Notes: a model not told the origin generated them from the sequence alone. 64,000 bases of DNA from Acidimicrobiales bacterium (GCA_036489495.1 DASXFR010000069.1:45232-109231); one strand, 5' to 3'. Counted from the stretch's first letter, positions 46,725-55,929 are shown. Program-made: numbers and translations.

Positions 46725-47869
46725 GGGGGCCCCTTTCGTTGGAGCGCCGGCCGGGCATGGTCCTCGACCACCCGGGCCCCGGCATCGGCGGCGTCGGGGC
46801 GTCCGAGCGAGCCGGCCGCCCGGCCCATGGCGTCGAGGGCGGCGGGGTCAGCCAGCCACCGGTCGAGGATGGCGGCCAGTCGGGGCGCATCGCAATCGAT
46901 GTCGGGGAGCACCGCCGCCCCGCCGGCCCGCTCGAGCACCTGGGCGTTGGCGGTTTGGTGGTCGCCGGGGGCGCCGGGCAGAGGGACCAGCACCGACGGC
47001 ACCCCGGCGGCGGCCAGCTCGGCCACGGTCATGGCTCCCGCCCGGCACACCACGATGTCGGCGGCCGAGTAGACGGTGGCCATCCGCTCCTCGTAGGGAA
47101 CCCGCACCACCGGCCCTGTCGGCCCGATCCAGGAGATGGCCGCCTCCACCGTCTCCCAATCCCGCCGGCCGACGATGTGGTAGATCGACCGGTCCTCTCG
47201 GCCCTGCCACTGTTCGGCCAGCCCCACCACCGCGTCGTTGATGTGGCGCGCCCCGAGCGACCCGCCGAAGACGACCACGGTCGGGCGGTCCTCCGGGAGT
47301 CCGAGGACCCGGCGGGCGGCCCGGCGATCGTCGGCGGAACGGCCGGCGGCGGCGATCTCGGGCCGGACCGGGGTGCCGGTGACCACCGCCCGGGGTAGAT
47401 GGGTGCCGGGCCATCCCACCGCGCTGGCCCGGGCGAACCGGCCGAGCAGCCGGTTGGCCACTCCCGGGGCGGCATCCACGTTGACCAGGACGAGGGGCAC
47501 GCCGAACATCAGCGCCCCCACCGAGGCGGGGAGGCTGGCGTAGCCCCCGACCGACACCACCACCTGCGGGCGCCGGCGGGCCACCAGGCCGAGGGCGGCG
47601 ATCAGGGCGACCGCCAACCCGGCCAGCGCTCCCAGGTTCTGGGCGATGACCCGGGGGCGCAGGCTGCGGGCGATACCCCGCCCGGGCAACAGGGTGAAGG
47701 GGAAGCCCCGGCCGTCGAGTGCGGTCCGGTCCTGTCCCCGGCGCGACCCGACGAATTCGATGGTGGCCCGGTCATGGCCCTGGGCGACCAGGGACTCGGC
47801 GATGGCCAACGCCGGTTGCAGGTGACCGGCGGTTCCGCCCCCGGCCATCAGTGCGTACCGGTGGGCCAT
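46721..47869 (-). CDS. murG: UDP-N-acetylglucosamine--N-acetylmuramyl-(pentapeptide) pyrophosphoryl-undecaprenol GlcNAc transferase
   Basis: The internal Met of the 744-aa track ORF gives MAHRYALMAGGGTAGHLQPALAIAE. ATG 47869 shares one base with the ftsW TGA (TGATG). Confidence 0.95.
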   Translation of the reverse strand: MAHRYALMAGGGTAGHLQPALAIAESLVAQGHDRATIEFVGSRRGQDRTALDGRGFPFTLLPGRGIARSLRPRVIAQNLGALAGLAVALIAALGLVARRRPQVVVSVGGYASLPASVGALMFGVPLVLVNVDAAPGVANRLLGRFARASAVGWPGTHLPRAVVTGTPVRPEIAAAGRSADDRRAARRVLGLPEDRPTVVVFGGSLGARHINDAVVGLAEQWQGREDRSIYHIVGRRDWETVEAAISWIGPTGPVVRVPYEERMATVYSAADIVVCRAGAMTVAELAAAGVPSVLVPLPGAPGDHQTANAQVLERAGGAAVLPDIDCDAPRLAAILDRWLADPAALDAMGRAAGSLGRPDAADAGARVVEDHARPALQRKGPP

Positions 47870-49155
47870 CAGGACGAGTGGGCTCGCCGGGCCGGGCGAG
47901 CCGCGGCCCGCGGCTGTCGCTCGTGCCTGGCGATGTTCAACAGGATGCCCACCGCGGCCAGGGAGATCACCAATGATGATCCACCGAACGACACGAACGG
48001 GAGCGGGATGCCCGTCACCGGCAGCACCCCGATGACGGCCCCGATGTTGATCAAGGTCTGACTGGTGATCCAGATGGTGATGCCGATGGCCATCAGGCTG
48101 CCGAACCGGTCCGGCGCCCGGGTGGCGGCCCGGAGCCCGTACCAGGCGAACAGGAAGAAGAGGCCGAGGAGGGCGACGGCCCCGACCAGCCCGAGCTCCT
48201 CGCCCACCACCGAGAAGATGAAGTCGGTGTGGGCGTTGGGCAGCAGCCCCCACTTCTGGCGGCCGCCACCCAGCCCGAGCCCGAACAGGTGTCCGGATCC
48301 GAGGCCGATGAGGGATTGCCATACCTGGTAGCCGGAGCCCGAGTGGTTGGCCCCGGGGTTGAGGAAGGAAAGGATCCGGTCCCGGCGGTAGGGGTCGGCC
48401 AGGCCCACCACCACCGCCAACGCCGCGAAGGCCATCAGGATCTTGAAAATCGGACCCACCGGTACCCCGCCCATGAACAGCATGCCGAAGGCAACGCAGC
48501 ACAGCACCAGGGCCGTCCCCATGTCCGGCTGCTTGAGGATCAACAGCGAGGAGATCCCCAGAATGATCAGCACCGGGAGGATCACCGACTTGGCATCCGC
48601 GGTCCGGTCGACCCGCCGGGTGAGGAGGTCGGCCACGAAGACGATGAGGGCGAGCTTCATCAACTCGGACGGCTGGAGGCGGAACTGCCCGAACCCGATC
48701 CACCGTGACGAGCCGCCGGCGGTGACCCCCAACCCCGGCATCAGCACCATCACCAGCATTCCCATCGTCCCGATCAGCAGGGGCACCCGGATCTTCCGCC
48801 ACTTGCGGTAGTCGATCCGGGCGAAGGCGGCCAGCGCCACCAGGCCGAGACCCATCCACATGACCTGGCGGAGGAAGATCCCCCAGGTCGAGCCGTAGAG
48901 GCTCATGGAGATCACCGGCGACGCCGAGCCGACCATGACCAGGCCGAACACACACAACACCCCCACCAGCACCGTCAGGCAGGTGGCGGTGGGGACCCGG
49001 GCCAGCCGGGAACGGGAAGCGGCGGGGGCGGCGGACCGTCGAGCCGCGGGGGCGCTCCGGGTCGGACTCGACGGGTGCCGCGGGCGCGTGGCGGTGCGCT
49101 GGGTGGCGGTCCGGGACGGGGTTCGGGTGCGAGCGGTGTCAACCATGGGCACCAC
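47869..49155 (-). CDS. ftsW: SEDS family peptidoglycan polymerase FtsW
   Basis: The protein is polytopic with the FtsW/RodA pattern (PSELMKLALIVF, LQPDMGTA, GSGYQVWQSLIGLGSG) and a basic Ser/Thr/Arg-rich N-terminal tail. Confidence 0.93.
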   Translation of the reverse strand: MVPMVDTARTRTPSRTATQRTATRPRHPSSPTRSAPAARRSAAPAASRSRLARVPTATCLTVLVGVLCVFGLVMVGSASPVISMSLYGSTWGIFLRQVMWMGLGLVALAAFARIDYRKWRKIRVPLLIGTMGMLVMVLMPGLGVTAGGSSRWIGFGQFRLQPSELMKLALIVFVADLLTRRVDRTADAKSVILPVLIILGISSLLILKQPDMGTALVLCCVAFGMLFMGGVPVGPIFKILMAFAALAVVVGLADPYRRDRILSFLNPGANHSGSGYQVWQSLIGLGSGHLFGLGLGGGRQKWGLLPNAHTDFIFSVVGEELGLVGAVALLGLFFLFAWYGLRAATRAPDRFGSLMAIGITIWITSQTLINIGAVIGVLPVTGIPLPFVSFGGSSLVISLAAVGILLNIARHERQPRAAARPARRAHSS

Positions 49156-49227
49156 CAGCTTCGCTTAGGCCGGCGCCCAGGTGGTGGAACCCTGCAGTCG
49201 TCGGCGTCTCCAACCCGGTCGGCCGCA

Positions 49228-50265
49228 TCATCCGGCGATCTTGGAGACGGACAGGAAGTCGGCATAGAAGATGCCCAGACCGCCGGCCGCGCACAGGCCG
49301 GCCAGAATCCAGAACCGGATGATGACCGTCGTCTCCGGCCACCCCAGCAGCTCGAAGTGGTGGTGGAGCGGGGCCATCAGGAACACCCGACGGTGAAAGA
49401 GCCGGAAGCTGATCACCTGGATCACCACCGACAGCGTGACGATCACGAACAACCCGCCGATGATGGCCAGCAGGAGGTCGAGGTTCATCAACAGGCAGAG
49501 GGCGGCCAGACCGGTGCCGATCGACAATGACCCGGTGTCCCCCATGAAGATCCGGGCCGGGGCGGCGTTCCACCACAGGAATCCCAGGCAGGCGCCGGCC
49601 AGCGCCACCGAGGTGAGGGCCAGGTCGAGGGCGTCGGGAACGTGGTAGATGGCCGGGTGGCGGAATTGCCAGTAGCCGATGACGGCCAGGGTGGCGAAGC
49701 CGAAAGTCGCCGACCCGGCGGCCAGGCCGTCGAGGCCGTCGGTCAGGTTCACCGCGTTGGCGGTGGCGGCGATGATCACCGTCGCCCACACCACCCACAA
49801 CCCGGTGCCCAGATGGATGTCCAGCGAGTTGTAGCGGGTGAAGGACAGGGTGGTCGAGATGTGGGCCCAGTAGACTGAGAGCAGGGCGAACCCGAGGCCC
49901 AGCAAGATCTGGGCGCCGAACTTGGCCCGCTTGTTCAACCCGAGGCTCCGGCGGTGGCGGACCTTGATCCAGTCGTCGGCGAAGCCGATCAGCGACGCCC
50001 CCAGCACCGTCAACAGCACCAGGACCCCCGACGGGGAGACATGGGTGCCGGGAATCGCCCGGGCGGCCAGGTAGCCGATGGTGACGGCGATGACGATGCC
50101 GATGCCACCCATGGTCGGGGTCCCCGCCTTGGCGATGTGGACCTGGGGGCCGTCCTCCCGGATCTGCTGTCCGATGTTGTTCTTGATCAGCCAGCCGATG
50201 AGGACCGGGGTGAGGAGGGCGGCCACCAGCAGGGCCACCCCGCCCGAGGTCATTAGCGAGATCAT
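49228..50265 (-). CDS. mraY: phospho-N-acetylmuramoyl-pentapeptide transferase
   Basis: The internal Met gives MISLMTSGGVALLVAALLTPVLIGWL...REDGPQVHIAKAGTPTMGG. The ATG overlaps the murE stop (ATGA). Confidence 0.95.
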   Translation of the reverse strand: MISLMTSGGVALLVAALLTPVLIGWLIKNNIGQQIREDGPQVHIAKAGTPTMGGIGIVIAVTIGYLAARAIPGTHVSPSGVLVLLTVLGASLIGFADDWIKVRHRRSLGLNKRAKFGAQILLGLGFALLSVYWAHISTTLSFTRYNSLDIHLGTGLWVVWATVIIAATANAVNLTDGLDGLAAGSATFGFATLAVIGYWQFRHPAIYHVPDALDLALTSVALAGACLGFLWWNAAPARIFMGDTGSLSIGTGLAALCLLMNLDLLLAIIGGLFVIVTLSVVIQVISFRLFHRRVFLMAPLHHHFELLGWPETTVIIRFWILAGLCAAGGLGIFYADFLSVSKIAG

Positions 50266-51683
50266 CGGCGGTTCCCGGCTTCGAGGGCGGCCAGCGCCCA
50301 TCGGGCCTGGTCCCGATCGTCGAAGGGGACCACCGTGCCGTCCAGTTCCTGGGTGGTCTCGTGACCCTTCCCGGCCAGGACGACCACGTCACCCGGCCGG
50401 GCCAGGCCGATTGCCCCGGCGATGGCCGCCGACCGGTCCGGCTCGATGACCAGCTCGGCGCCGGGGCCGATCCCGGCGCCGACCTGGGCGATGATCGCCA
50501 ACGGGTCCTCCGACCGCGGGTTGTCGGAGGTGAGCACCACCACGTCGGCCAACCGGCCGGCCACCTCCCCCATCATTGGGCGCTTGTCCGGATCGCGGTC
50601 ACCGCCGGCCCCGAACACCGACACCACCCGGCCGCCGCCGGCCATCCGGCGGGCCGAGCCCAGCGCCGCCTCCAACCCGGCCGGGGTGTGGGCGAAGTCG
50701 ACCAGCACCGCGAACGGCGGGCCCGGGGTCACCACCTCCATGCGGCCCGGCGGCGGGGTCACCGAGGCGAGACCGGCGACGATGGCCGGCTCCTCGATGC
50801 CGAGGCCTTCGGCGATGGCCGCGGCCACCAGCGCGTTGTCGACGTTGAAGGCGCCCGACAGTGGCAACGTCACCGGCCGGCCGTGCCAGCGGAACGACGA
50901 CGAGCCCACCGTGAGCACCACGTCGGAGGCGTCCGACCGGCGAACCTCGGCCACCGCCACGCCGGCCAGTTGTCCGGCCAGGCGCGCACCCCAGGGATCG
51001 TCCATGTTGATCACCGCCCGCCGGGTCCTGTCAGGGACGAACAGTTGGGCCTTGGCCGCGAAGTACGCCTCCATGGAGTGGTGATGGTCGAGATGTTCAT
51101 GGCTGAGATTGGTGAAGGCGGCGACGTCGAACACGATGCCATCCACCCGGTGCTGGGTTAAGGCGTGAGACGAGACCTCCATGGCCACCGCCTGCCGGCC
51201 CTGGTGACGGAAGCCGGCCAGGATGGCCTGAAGGTCGGGTGACTCCGGGGTGGTCCGCTCACCGGTGAGCGTGCCGATCGCTCCGGCCGGGGTTCCGGCT
51301 GCAGCGAGAATCGACAGTACCAGGTGGGTCACGGTGGTCTTGCCGTTGGTGCCGGTCACCCCGACCATGACCAGGTGGCGGGACGGATACCCGAAAAAGG
51401 CGGCGGCCACCCGGGCCATCGCCGACCGGACGGTGCCTTCCGGCACCCGGAGCTGGGGAACCTCCAGGTCGAGGAAGCGCTCGACCAGCAGGACGACGGC
51501 GCCGGCCGCCACCGCGTCAGCCGCGAAGCGGTGGCCGTCGGTGGTCGTCCCCGGCACACAGCAGAACAGGGCGCCGGCCTCGACCCGGCGGCTGTCGAAG
51601 GCGATCGACGTCACCTCGACGGGCTCGGGGCTGCCCCGGGTTCCGATCAGCTCGACGTCGCCGAGCAGCTCCTTCACTCGCAT
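50262..51683 (-). CDS. murE: UDP-N-acetylmuramoyl-L-alanyl-D-glutamate--2,6-diaminopimelate ligase
   Basis: It has GVTGTNGKTT, ERTTPE, EVSSHAL, FTNLSHEHLDHH and the DAP-specific SDNPRSEDP (DNPR). These are MurE signatures, not MurF. Confidence 0.92.
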   Translation of the reverse strand: MRVKELLGDVELIGTRGSPEPVEVTSIAFDSRRVEAGALFCCVPGTTTDGHRFAADAVAAGAVVLLVERFLDLEVPQLRVPEGTVRSAMARVAAAFFGYPSRHLVMVGVTGTNGKTTVTHLVLSILAAAGTPAGAIGTLTGERTTPESPDLQAILAGFRHQGRQAVAMEVSSHALTQHRVDGIVFDVAAFTNLSHEHLDHHHSMEAYFAAKAQLFVPDRTRRAVINMDDPWGARLAGQLAGVAVAEVRRSDASDVVLTVGSSSFRWHGRPVTLPLSGAFNVDNALVAAAIAEGLGIEEPAIVAGLASVTPPPGRMEVVTPGPPFAVLVDFAHTPAGLEAALGSARRMAGGGRVVSVFGAGGDRDPDKRPMMGEVAGRLADVVVLTSDNPRSEDPLAIIAQVGAGIGPGAELVIEPDRSAAIAGAIGLARPGDVVVLAGKGHETTQELDGTVVPFDDRDQARWALAALEAGNRR

Positions 51684-51736
51684 GCGGCGGGCAGTCGCAC
51701 GGAAGCCACGCGCGCTCCTCGAGCGCCGGCAACCAT

Positions 51737-53599
51737 TTATGCGCCTTCAGTCGCAGCTCCGGCCGGAACCGTCACCGTTCCGGTTCCCCCCACGGCACCA
51801 CTGGACGTCGAGGTGGTGGCCGCGGCGTTGGTGGGGATGCCGTAGTGCTGCAGGGCATACTCCATGATCGTAGAGAATACCGGGGCCGCCACCGCCCCCC
51901 CGTAGATCGGGGTCGGACGGTCCAGTACCACCACCGCCGACAGCACCGGGTTCTGGGCGGGAGCGAAGCCCACGAACGACCCGTAGAAGGCGCCGGGGAT
52001 GTAGCCCAGATGACTGGGGTCGGGGATCTGGGCGGTCCCGGTCTTGCCGGCCACCGTGTACCCGTCGATGGCGGCGGCGGTGCCGGTGCCGCCGGTCACC
52101 ACGCCCTCGAGCATGGTGGTCAACTCGGCGGTGGTGGCCGGGTCGATCACCCGCCGGGAGGTTGCCGGGGCCGCCGCCGACATGGTGCCACCCGAGGAGA
52201 CAGTGCCCCGTACCAGCCGGGGTTGGACCAGGACTCCCCCATTGGCTACGGCGTTGTAGGCGTCGAGCAGCTGTTGGGCGGTGACGGCGTCGTTCTGGCC
52301 AATGGGGGTCGAGCCGATCGAGCTCCCGGTCCAGGCGCTGGCCCCGGGGATCAGGCCCTCGGACTCGCCGGGGAAGTTGAGGCCGGTGGGCTTGCCGAAG
52401 CCGAGGTTGCTGATCTGGGCCAACAGCCGGTTCTCGCCGAGGTCCCCGGCGATCTCAATGGTCCCGATGTTGGACGACTGGTCCAAGATGTCCGTCGCCG
52501 TCATGGTCTGGGTCCCGTGGTTCTCGGCGTCGTGGAAGGTATAGGTGCCGATCGACAGCGAGTTCGGCACCGAGAACGTCTGGCTCGGGCTGATGACCTT
52601 GTTCTGCAGCGCCGAGGAGAAGGTCACCAGCTTGAACACCGAACCCGGCTCGTAGACCTGGGTGAGGGCCGTGTTCGACGGTGCCTCGGAGACTCCGGCC
52701 GGCAGGGTGGTGGCCTGGGAGGTGAGGGTGGCCCCCGACGTCGACGGGACCGCGCTCGAGCTGGTGGCGGCCACCGTCTGGGCCGACGACGAACCCGACC
52801 CCGATGAGGTCGCCGACAGGTTGGCCATGGCGATGACGTCGCCGGTCTTCACGTCCATCACGATGGCGGTACCCCCCACCGCGTGGGAGGCCAGCACTTC
52901 GGCGCCGAGCGCCTGTTCGGCCACGTATTGGACCGACTCGTCGAGGGTCAGCTCGATCCCGCTCCCGGCGACGGAGGAGGTGCTGGCGGTTCCCGTCGAG
53001 CCGGGCAGCGCCACCCCGTTGGGCGACTCCATCAGGTCCTTGGTCCCGGCCTTTCCGGCCAGCAGTGACTGGTACTGGTACTCGAGCCCGGATTGACCCG
53101 ACCCGTCGGCGCCGACCGACCCCACCACCGGTTCGGCCAGCTGGCCGGCCGGTTGCACCCGCTGGGGCTCCGACACCAGATTGATGCCGGTGAGGTTCAG
53201 CGCCGTCACCTTGGCCGCCACCGCATCCGACACCCGATGGGCCAGGTAGACGAAGCCGGAATGCTGGGTCACCTCGGCGCGGAGTTGGGAGGCGGGGATG
53301 CCGAGGACCGGGGCCAGCTGCCCGGCCAGGGTGGTCGGGTCCTTGATGAGGAAGGGGTCGGCCACCACCGTCTGCTTGGTGACCGATTCGGCCAGCACCT
53401 CGCCGTTCCGGTCGTAGATCCCGCCGCGGAGGGCGGGGACGGTGACCGTCTGGGTTAGCTCGGCGCTGGAGAGCGAGGCGTAGTGCTGATGGGAGAACTG
53501 CTGGACGACCACCAGCCGGAAGACCATGGCGATGAAGATCACCAGCAGCAGGACCCGGAGCGCGCGCGTCCGCCGTCCCAGCAGAACGATGGGGCTCAT
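51737..53599 (-). CDS. ftsI: class B penicillin-binding protein (FtsI-like D,D-transpeptidase)
   Basis: An N-terminal TM segment, a PBP dimer domain and the transpeptidase motifs SVFK (SxxK), SSN and KTGT are present. Confidence 0.93.
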   Translation of the reverse strand: MSPIVLLGRRTRALRVLLLVIFIAMVFRLVVVQQFSHQHYASLSSAELTQTVTVPALRGGIYDRNGEVLAESVTKQTVVADPFLIKDPTTLAGQLAPVLGIPASQLRAEVTQHSGFVYLAHRVSDAVAAKVTALNLTGINLVSEPQRVQPAGQLAEPVVGSVGADGSGQSGLEYQYQSLLAGKAGTKDLMESPNGVALPGSTGTASTSSVAGSGIELTLDESVQYVAEQALGAEVLASHAVGGTAIVMDVKTGDVIAMANLSATSSGSGSSSAQTVAATSSSAVPSTSGATLTSQATTLPAGVSEAPSNTALTQVYEPGSVFKLVTFSSALQNKVISPSQTFSVPNSLSIGTYTFHDAENHGTQTMTATDILDQSSNIGTIEIAGDLGENRLLAQISNLGFGKPTGLNFPGESEGLIPGASAWTGSSIGSTPIGQNDAVTAQQLLDAYNAVANGGVLVQPRLVRGTVSSGGTMSAAAPATSRRVIDPATTAELTTMLEGVVTGGTGTAAAIDGYTVAGKTGTAQIPDPSHLGYIPGAFYGSFVGFAPAQNPVLSAVVVLDRPTPIYGGAVAAPVFSTIMEYALQHYGIPTNAAATTSTSSGAVGGTGTVTVPAGAATEGA

Positions 53600-54042
53600 G
53601 GGGTCGACGGTGTCGGGGACGTGGTACCGGACGCGGCTCCGGTGTCGGGTACCGGCAGCGCCACATTCAGCGGCACCGACGGGAGGTCGACGATCTGGGT
53701 GGGAGCCACCATGCCGAGCTGCCGGGCTTCAGTGACCACGATCTGGGGGGCGGCCAACTGGGCCACCGCCACCTGGAGCTGCTTCTGTTGGGCCAACGCC
53801 GCAGCGGTCAGGCTCTGGGTGTGGGCCAAGCGGATCTGACCCTGGGCCACCAGGTCGTCGGCGACCACCACCGACAGCAGGCTCCCGATGATCAGGACCG
53901 AAGCCACCAGCACGGTCGGGCGCCGGCGAGACCGGTGCCGGGACCGGGGCGCGGGTTCGAACAGCCGCAGCGGCGGCCGCCGGGGGGCCGGCTGGGGCCG
54001 GACCGCGGGCCGGCGGGCGGCGGAAGACGCCGGAGGTGGCAT
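53596..54042 (-). CDS. ftsL: FtsL-like bitopic division protein
   Basis: A Pro/Arg-rich N-terminus, a single TM segment (VLVASVLIIGSLLSVVV) and a short coiled-coil-like ectodomain are present. It sits in the canonical slot between rsmH and ftsI. Confidence 0.7.
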   Translation of the reverse strand: MPPPASSAARRPAVRPQPAPRRPPLRLFEPAPRSRHRSRRRPTVLVASVLIIGSLLSVVVADDLVAQGQIRLAHTQSLTAAALAQQKQLQVAVAQLAAPQIVVTEARQLGMVAPTQIVDLPSVPLNVALPVPDTGAASGTTSPTPSTP

Positions 54043-55034
54043 CAGGCCACCTCGCCATTGGCGGTGTGGCCGACCGGGGCGGCGATGCGTTCGATGACCC
54101 GGAGGCGGGCGGCTTCCGAACGGCGGTTCCGATCCACCTCATCGGCTGAGGGCCGCCGGGAACCGCGGACCACCAACCGGTATTCGGGGCTGGCTCCGCA
54201 GACACACGGGAGGCCGGGCGGACAGACGCAGCCCCCGGTGGAGGCGTCGACGAACTTGGCCTTGACCAGGCGGTCCTCCCCGGAATGGTAGGAGATGACC
54301 ACGCACCGGCCGCCGGTGCGCAACAGCCCGAGGGTGTCGTCCAGGGCCCGATCCAGCTGGTCGAGCTCTTCGTTGACGGCGATGCGGATGGCCTGGAACA
54401 CCCGGCGGGCGGGGTGGCCACCGGTACGCCGGGTGGCGGCGGGGATGGCGGCCCGCACCACCTCGGAGAGTTCCCCGGTGGCGGTATGGGGACGGGAGGC
54501 GATGATGGCCCGGGCGATCCGGCGGGCGAAGCGCCGCTCGCCGTTCTCGACGAACAGGGCGGTGAGGGTGTCCTCGTCGAACTCGTTGACCACGTCGGCG
54601 GCGGTCCGGCCCGAGGTCGGGTCCATCCGCATGTCCAGGGGGGCGTCGAGACGGTAGGAGAACCCGCGCCCGGCCACGTCCAGCTGGGGTGAGCTGACCC
54701 CGAGGTCGAAGAGCGCTCCCGAAAGCCCCTGTTGGTCGACGGGGACACCGGTCTCGGCTTGCAGGCGTCGGACCAGGCCGGCGACTTCGTCGAACCGGGC
54801 CCGGCGGACGACGGCCCGCTCACCGAAGCGGGCGAGTTCCGGGGCGGCGGCGGCCACGGCCGACGGGTCACGGTCGATCCCGAGCACGCTCAGGTGGGGG
54901 TGGGCGGTGAGGATGGCGGCGGCGTGGCCGGCGCCTCCGAGGGTGGCGTCCACCACCAGCCCGGGGGGAACCGGGGCCAGAAGGTCGACCACCTCGGTGG
55001 CCATGACCGGCTGGTGGGGAAATGCCTGGCTCAT
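54042..55034 (-). CDS. rsmH: 16S rRNA (cytosine1402-N4)-methyltransferase
   Basis: The internal Met gives MSQAFPHQPVMATEVVDLL...DATLGGAGHA. An in-frame ATG at 55190 would add a 52-aa extension, which I cannot exclude. The 597-aa track ORF runs over mraZ out of frame. Confidence 0.9.
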   Translation of the reverse strand: MSQAFPHQPVMATEVVDLLAPVPPGLVVDATLGGAGHAAAILTAHPHLSVLGIDRDPSAVAAAAPELARFGERAVVRRARFDEVAGLVRRLQAETGVPVDQQGLSGALFDLGVSSPQLDVAGRGFSYRLDAPLDMRMDPTSGRTAADVVNEFDEDTLTALFVENGERRFARRIARAIIASRPHTATGELSEVVRAAIPAATRRTGGHPARRVFQAIRIAVNEELDQLDRALDDTLGLLRTGGRCVVISYHSGEDRLVKAKFVDASTGGCVCPPGLPCVCGASPEYRLVVRGSRRPSADEVDRNRRSEAARLRVIERIAAPVGHTANGEVA

Positions 55035-55399
55035 CTGCAGCCCCCCGACCGGAGCGGCGTCCGAGGGTGGAGGACCCGAACGACCAGCGTGGAAGCAAGC
55101 GGAGGAGGATTCTTCCAGGGTTTCGGTCGAAGGGCTGCGCATGAGCCAGACACGTTCAATGTGGACATCGGGTCGGGCGACGGCCGCCATGGCTGTCTCA
55201 TAGGGCGTCGGCCGGCGGTCACCGCCATCGACGAGCTGCAGGCTCGCCGAGGCATGGAGGGAGATGGTGCGAAGGGCGTGGATCCTTTCGTGGGCGGGCT
55301 TCCGGAGATGGTCGATCCGCGAGGGTTTGATGGCGCTCCCGGCCGGATGGCGAGTGGCCTCCGCGACCCGCCGGACCAGCTGGAGACGGACGGCATCGG

Positions 55400-55819
55400 T
55401 CAGGCGTCGTCGCCCTCGGTGAGGAGTTGCTCGGCCGGCTGCACCTTTTCCTCCCAGGAGGCGGGGTTCCAGAGCTCCACCCGGTCGATCGCTCCATGGA
55501 CCAAGACTTCCCCCTCCAATCCGGCGAAGGACCGGAGATGGGCCGGAATCGCCATCCGACCCTGTTTGTCCACTTCCACCTCGTGTGAAGTCGATGCCCA
55601 CAACCGAGCCAGATTGCGATCCACCCGGCTCTCCGAGGCTCGACCCTGCCTGGACTCCATCTGCTTCTCGAACTCGTCCGGCGGCCACAAGGACAGACAT
55701 CCGTCCTGGTACTGGGTCAGGAAGCCGCCGTGTTCGAAGGGTTGGCGGAACTTGGCCGGAAGGATCACCCTCCCCTTGTCGTCGAGCGAGTGCTCGTACC
55801 TTCCGAAAAACCGTGCCAC
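55400..55819 (-). CDS. mraZ: division/cell wall cluster transcriptional regulator MraZ
   Basis: The N-terminus is MARFFGRYEHSLDDKGRVILPAKFR, with a second SpoVT-AbrB repeat at VDKQGRMAIPAHLR. The start is GTG. Confidence 0.96.
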   Translation of the reverse strand: MARFFGRYEHSLDDKGRVILPAKFRQPFEHGGFLTQYQDGCLSLWPPDEFEKQMESRQGRASESRVDRNLARLWASTSHEVEVDKQGRMAIPAHLRSFAGLEGEVLVHGAIDRVELWNPASWEEKVQPAEQLLTEGDDA

Positions 55820-55877
55820 TGGCGGTTGCTCCCACGATGCTCCTCGTAGTGCTCGGAGTCCGATGGTTCGGATCCCC

Positions 55878-55905
55878 TCCCTTTCACACCACTTTCCACC
55901 ACTTT
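55878..55905 (-). promoter_or_regulatory. putative MraZ operator: three phased direct repeats AAAGTGG / AAAGTGG / AAAGGGA
   Basis: The minus strand reads tAAAGTGGtggAAAGTGGtgtgAAAGGGAgg, with repeat spacing of 10 and 11 nt. The first repeat overlaps the -10 hexamer. Confidence 0.6.
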
Positions 55906-55929
55906 ACGCCCCTAACGCCCCACAGTCAA
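55901..55929 (-). promoter_or_regulatory. mraZ (dcw) promoter: -35 TTGACT, 17-nt spacer, -10 TAAAGT
   Basis: The minus strand reads TTGACTgtggggcgttaggggcgTAAAGT, about 80-110 nt upstream of the mraZ GTG, in one of the few AT-richer patches of the window. Confidence 0.6.

Noticed and set aside
46721-48955. An apparent 744-aa fusion protein ending in MurG. Similar N-terminal extensions appear on aroB (to 2713), aroC (to 4117), tyrS (to 9642), the alpha-E gene (to 20947), rluD (to 38261), ylmE (to 41866), murB (to 45565), rsmH (to 55835) and HNH (to 57731).
   Set aside because: In each case the extension overlaps the upstream gene out of frame and is Arg/Pro/Gly junk. The conserved family N-terminus begins at an internal start codon that usually sits in an NTGA or TGATG overlap with the upstream stop.
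55035-55396. Possible hidden protein-coding gene in the mraZ-rsmH spacer (track ORF 55031-55396, 121 aa, and the rsmH-frame read-through).
   Set aside because: The 121-aa ORF is Pro/Ser/Arg-rich junk in the mraZ frame. The rsmH-frame stretch has no ATG, GTG or TTG before 55190, and its third-position GC (about 76 percent by hand count) is lower than in neighbouring genes. An N-terminal extension of rsmH from ATG 55190 remains possible and is noted in the feature.
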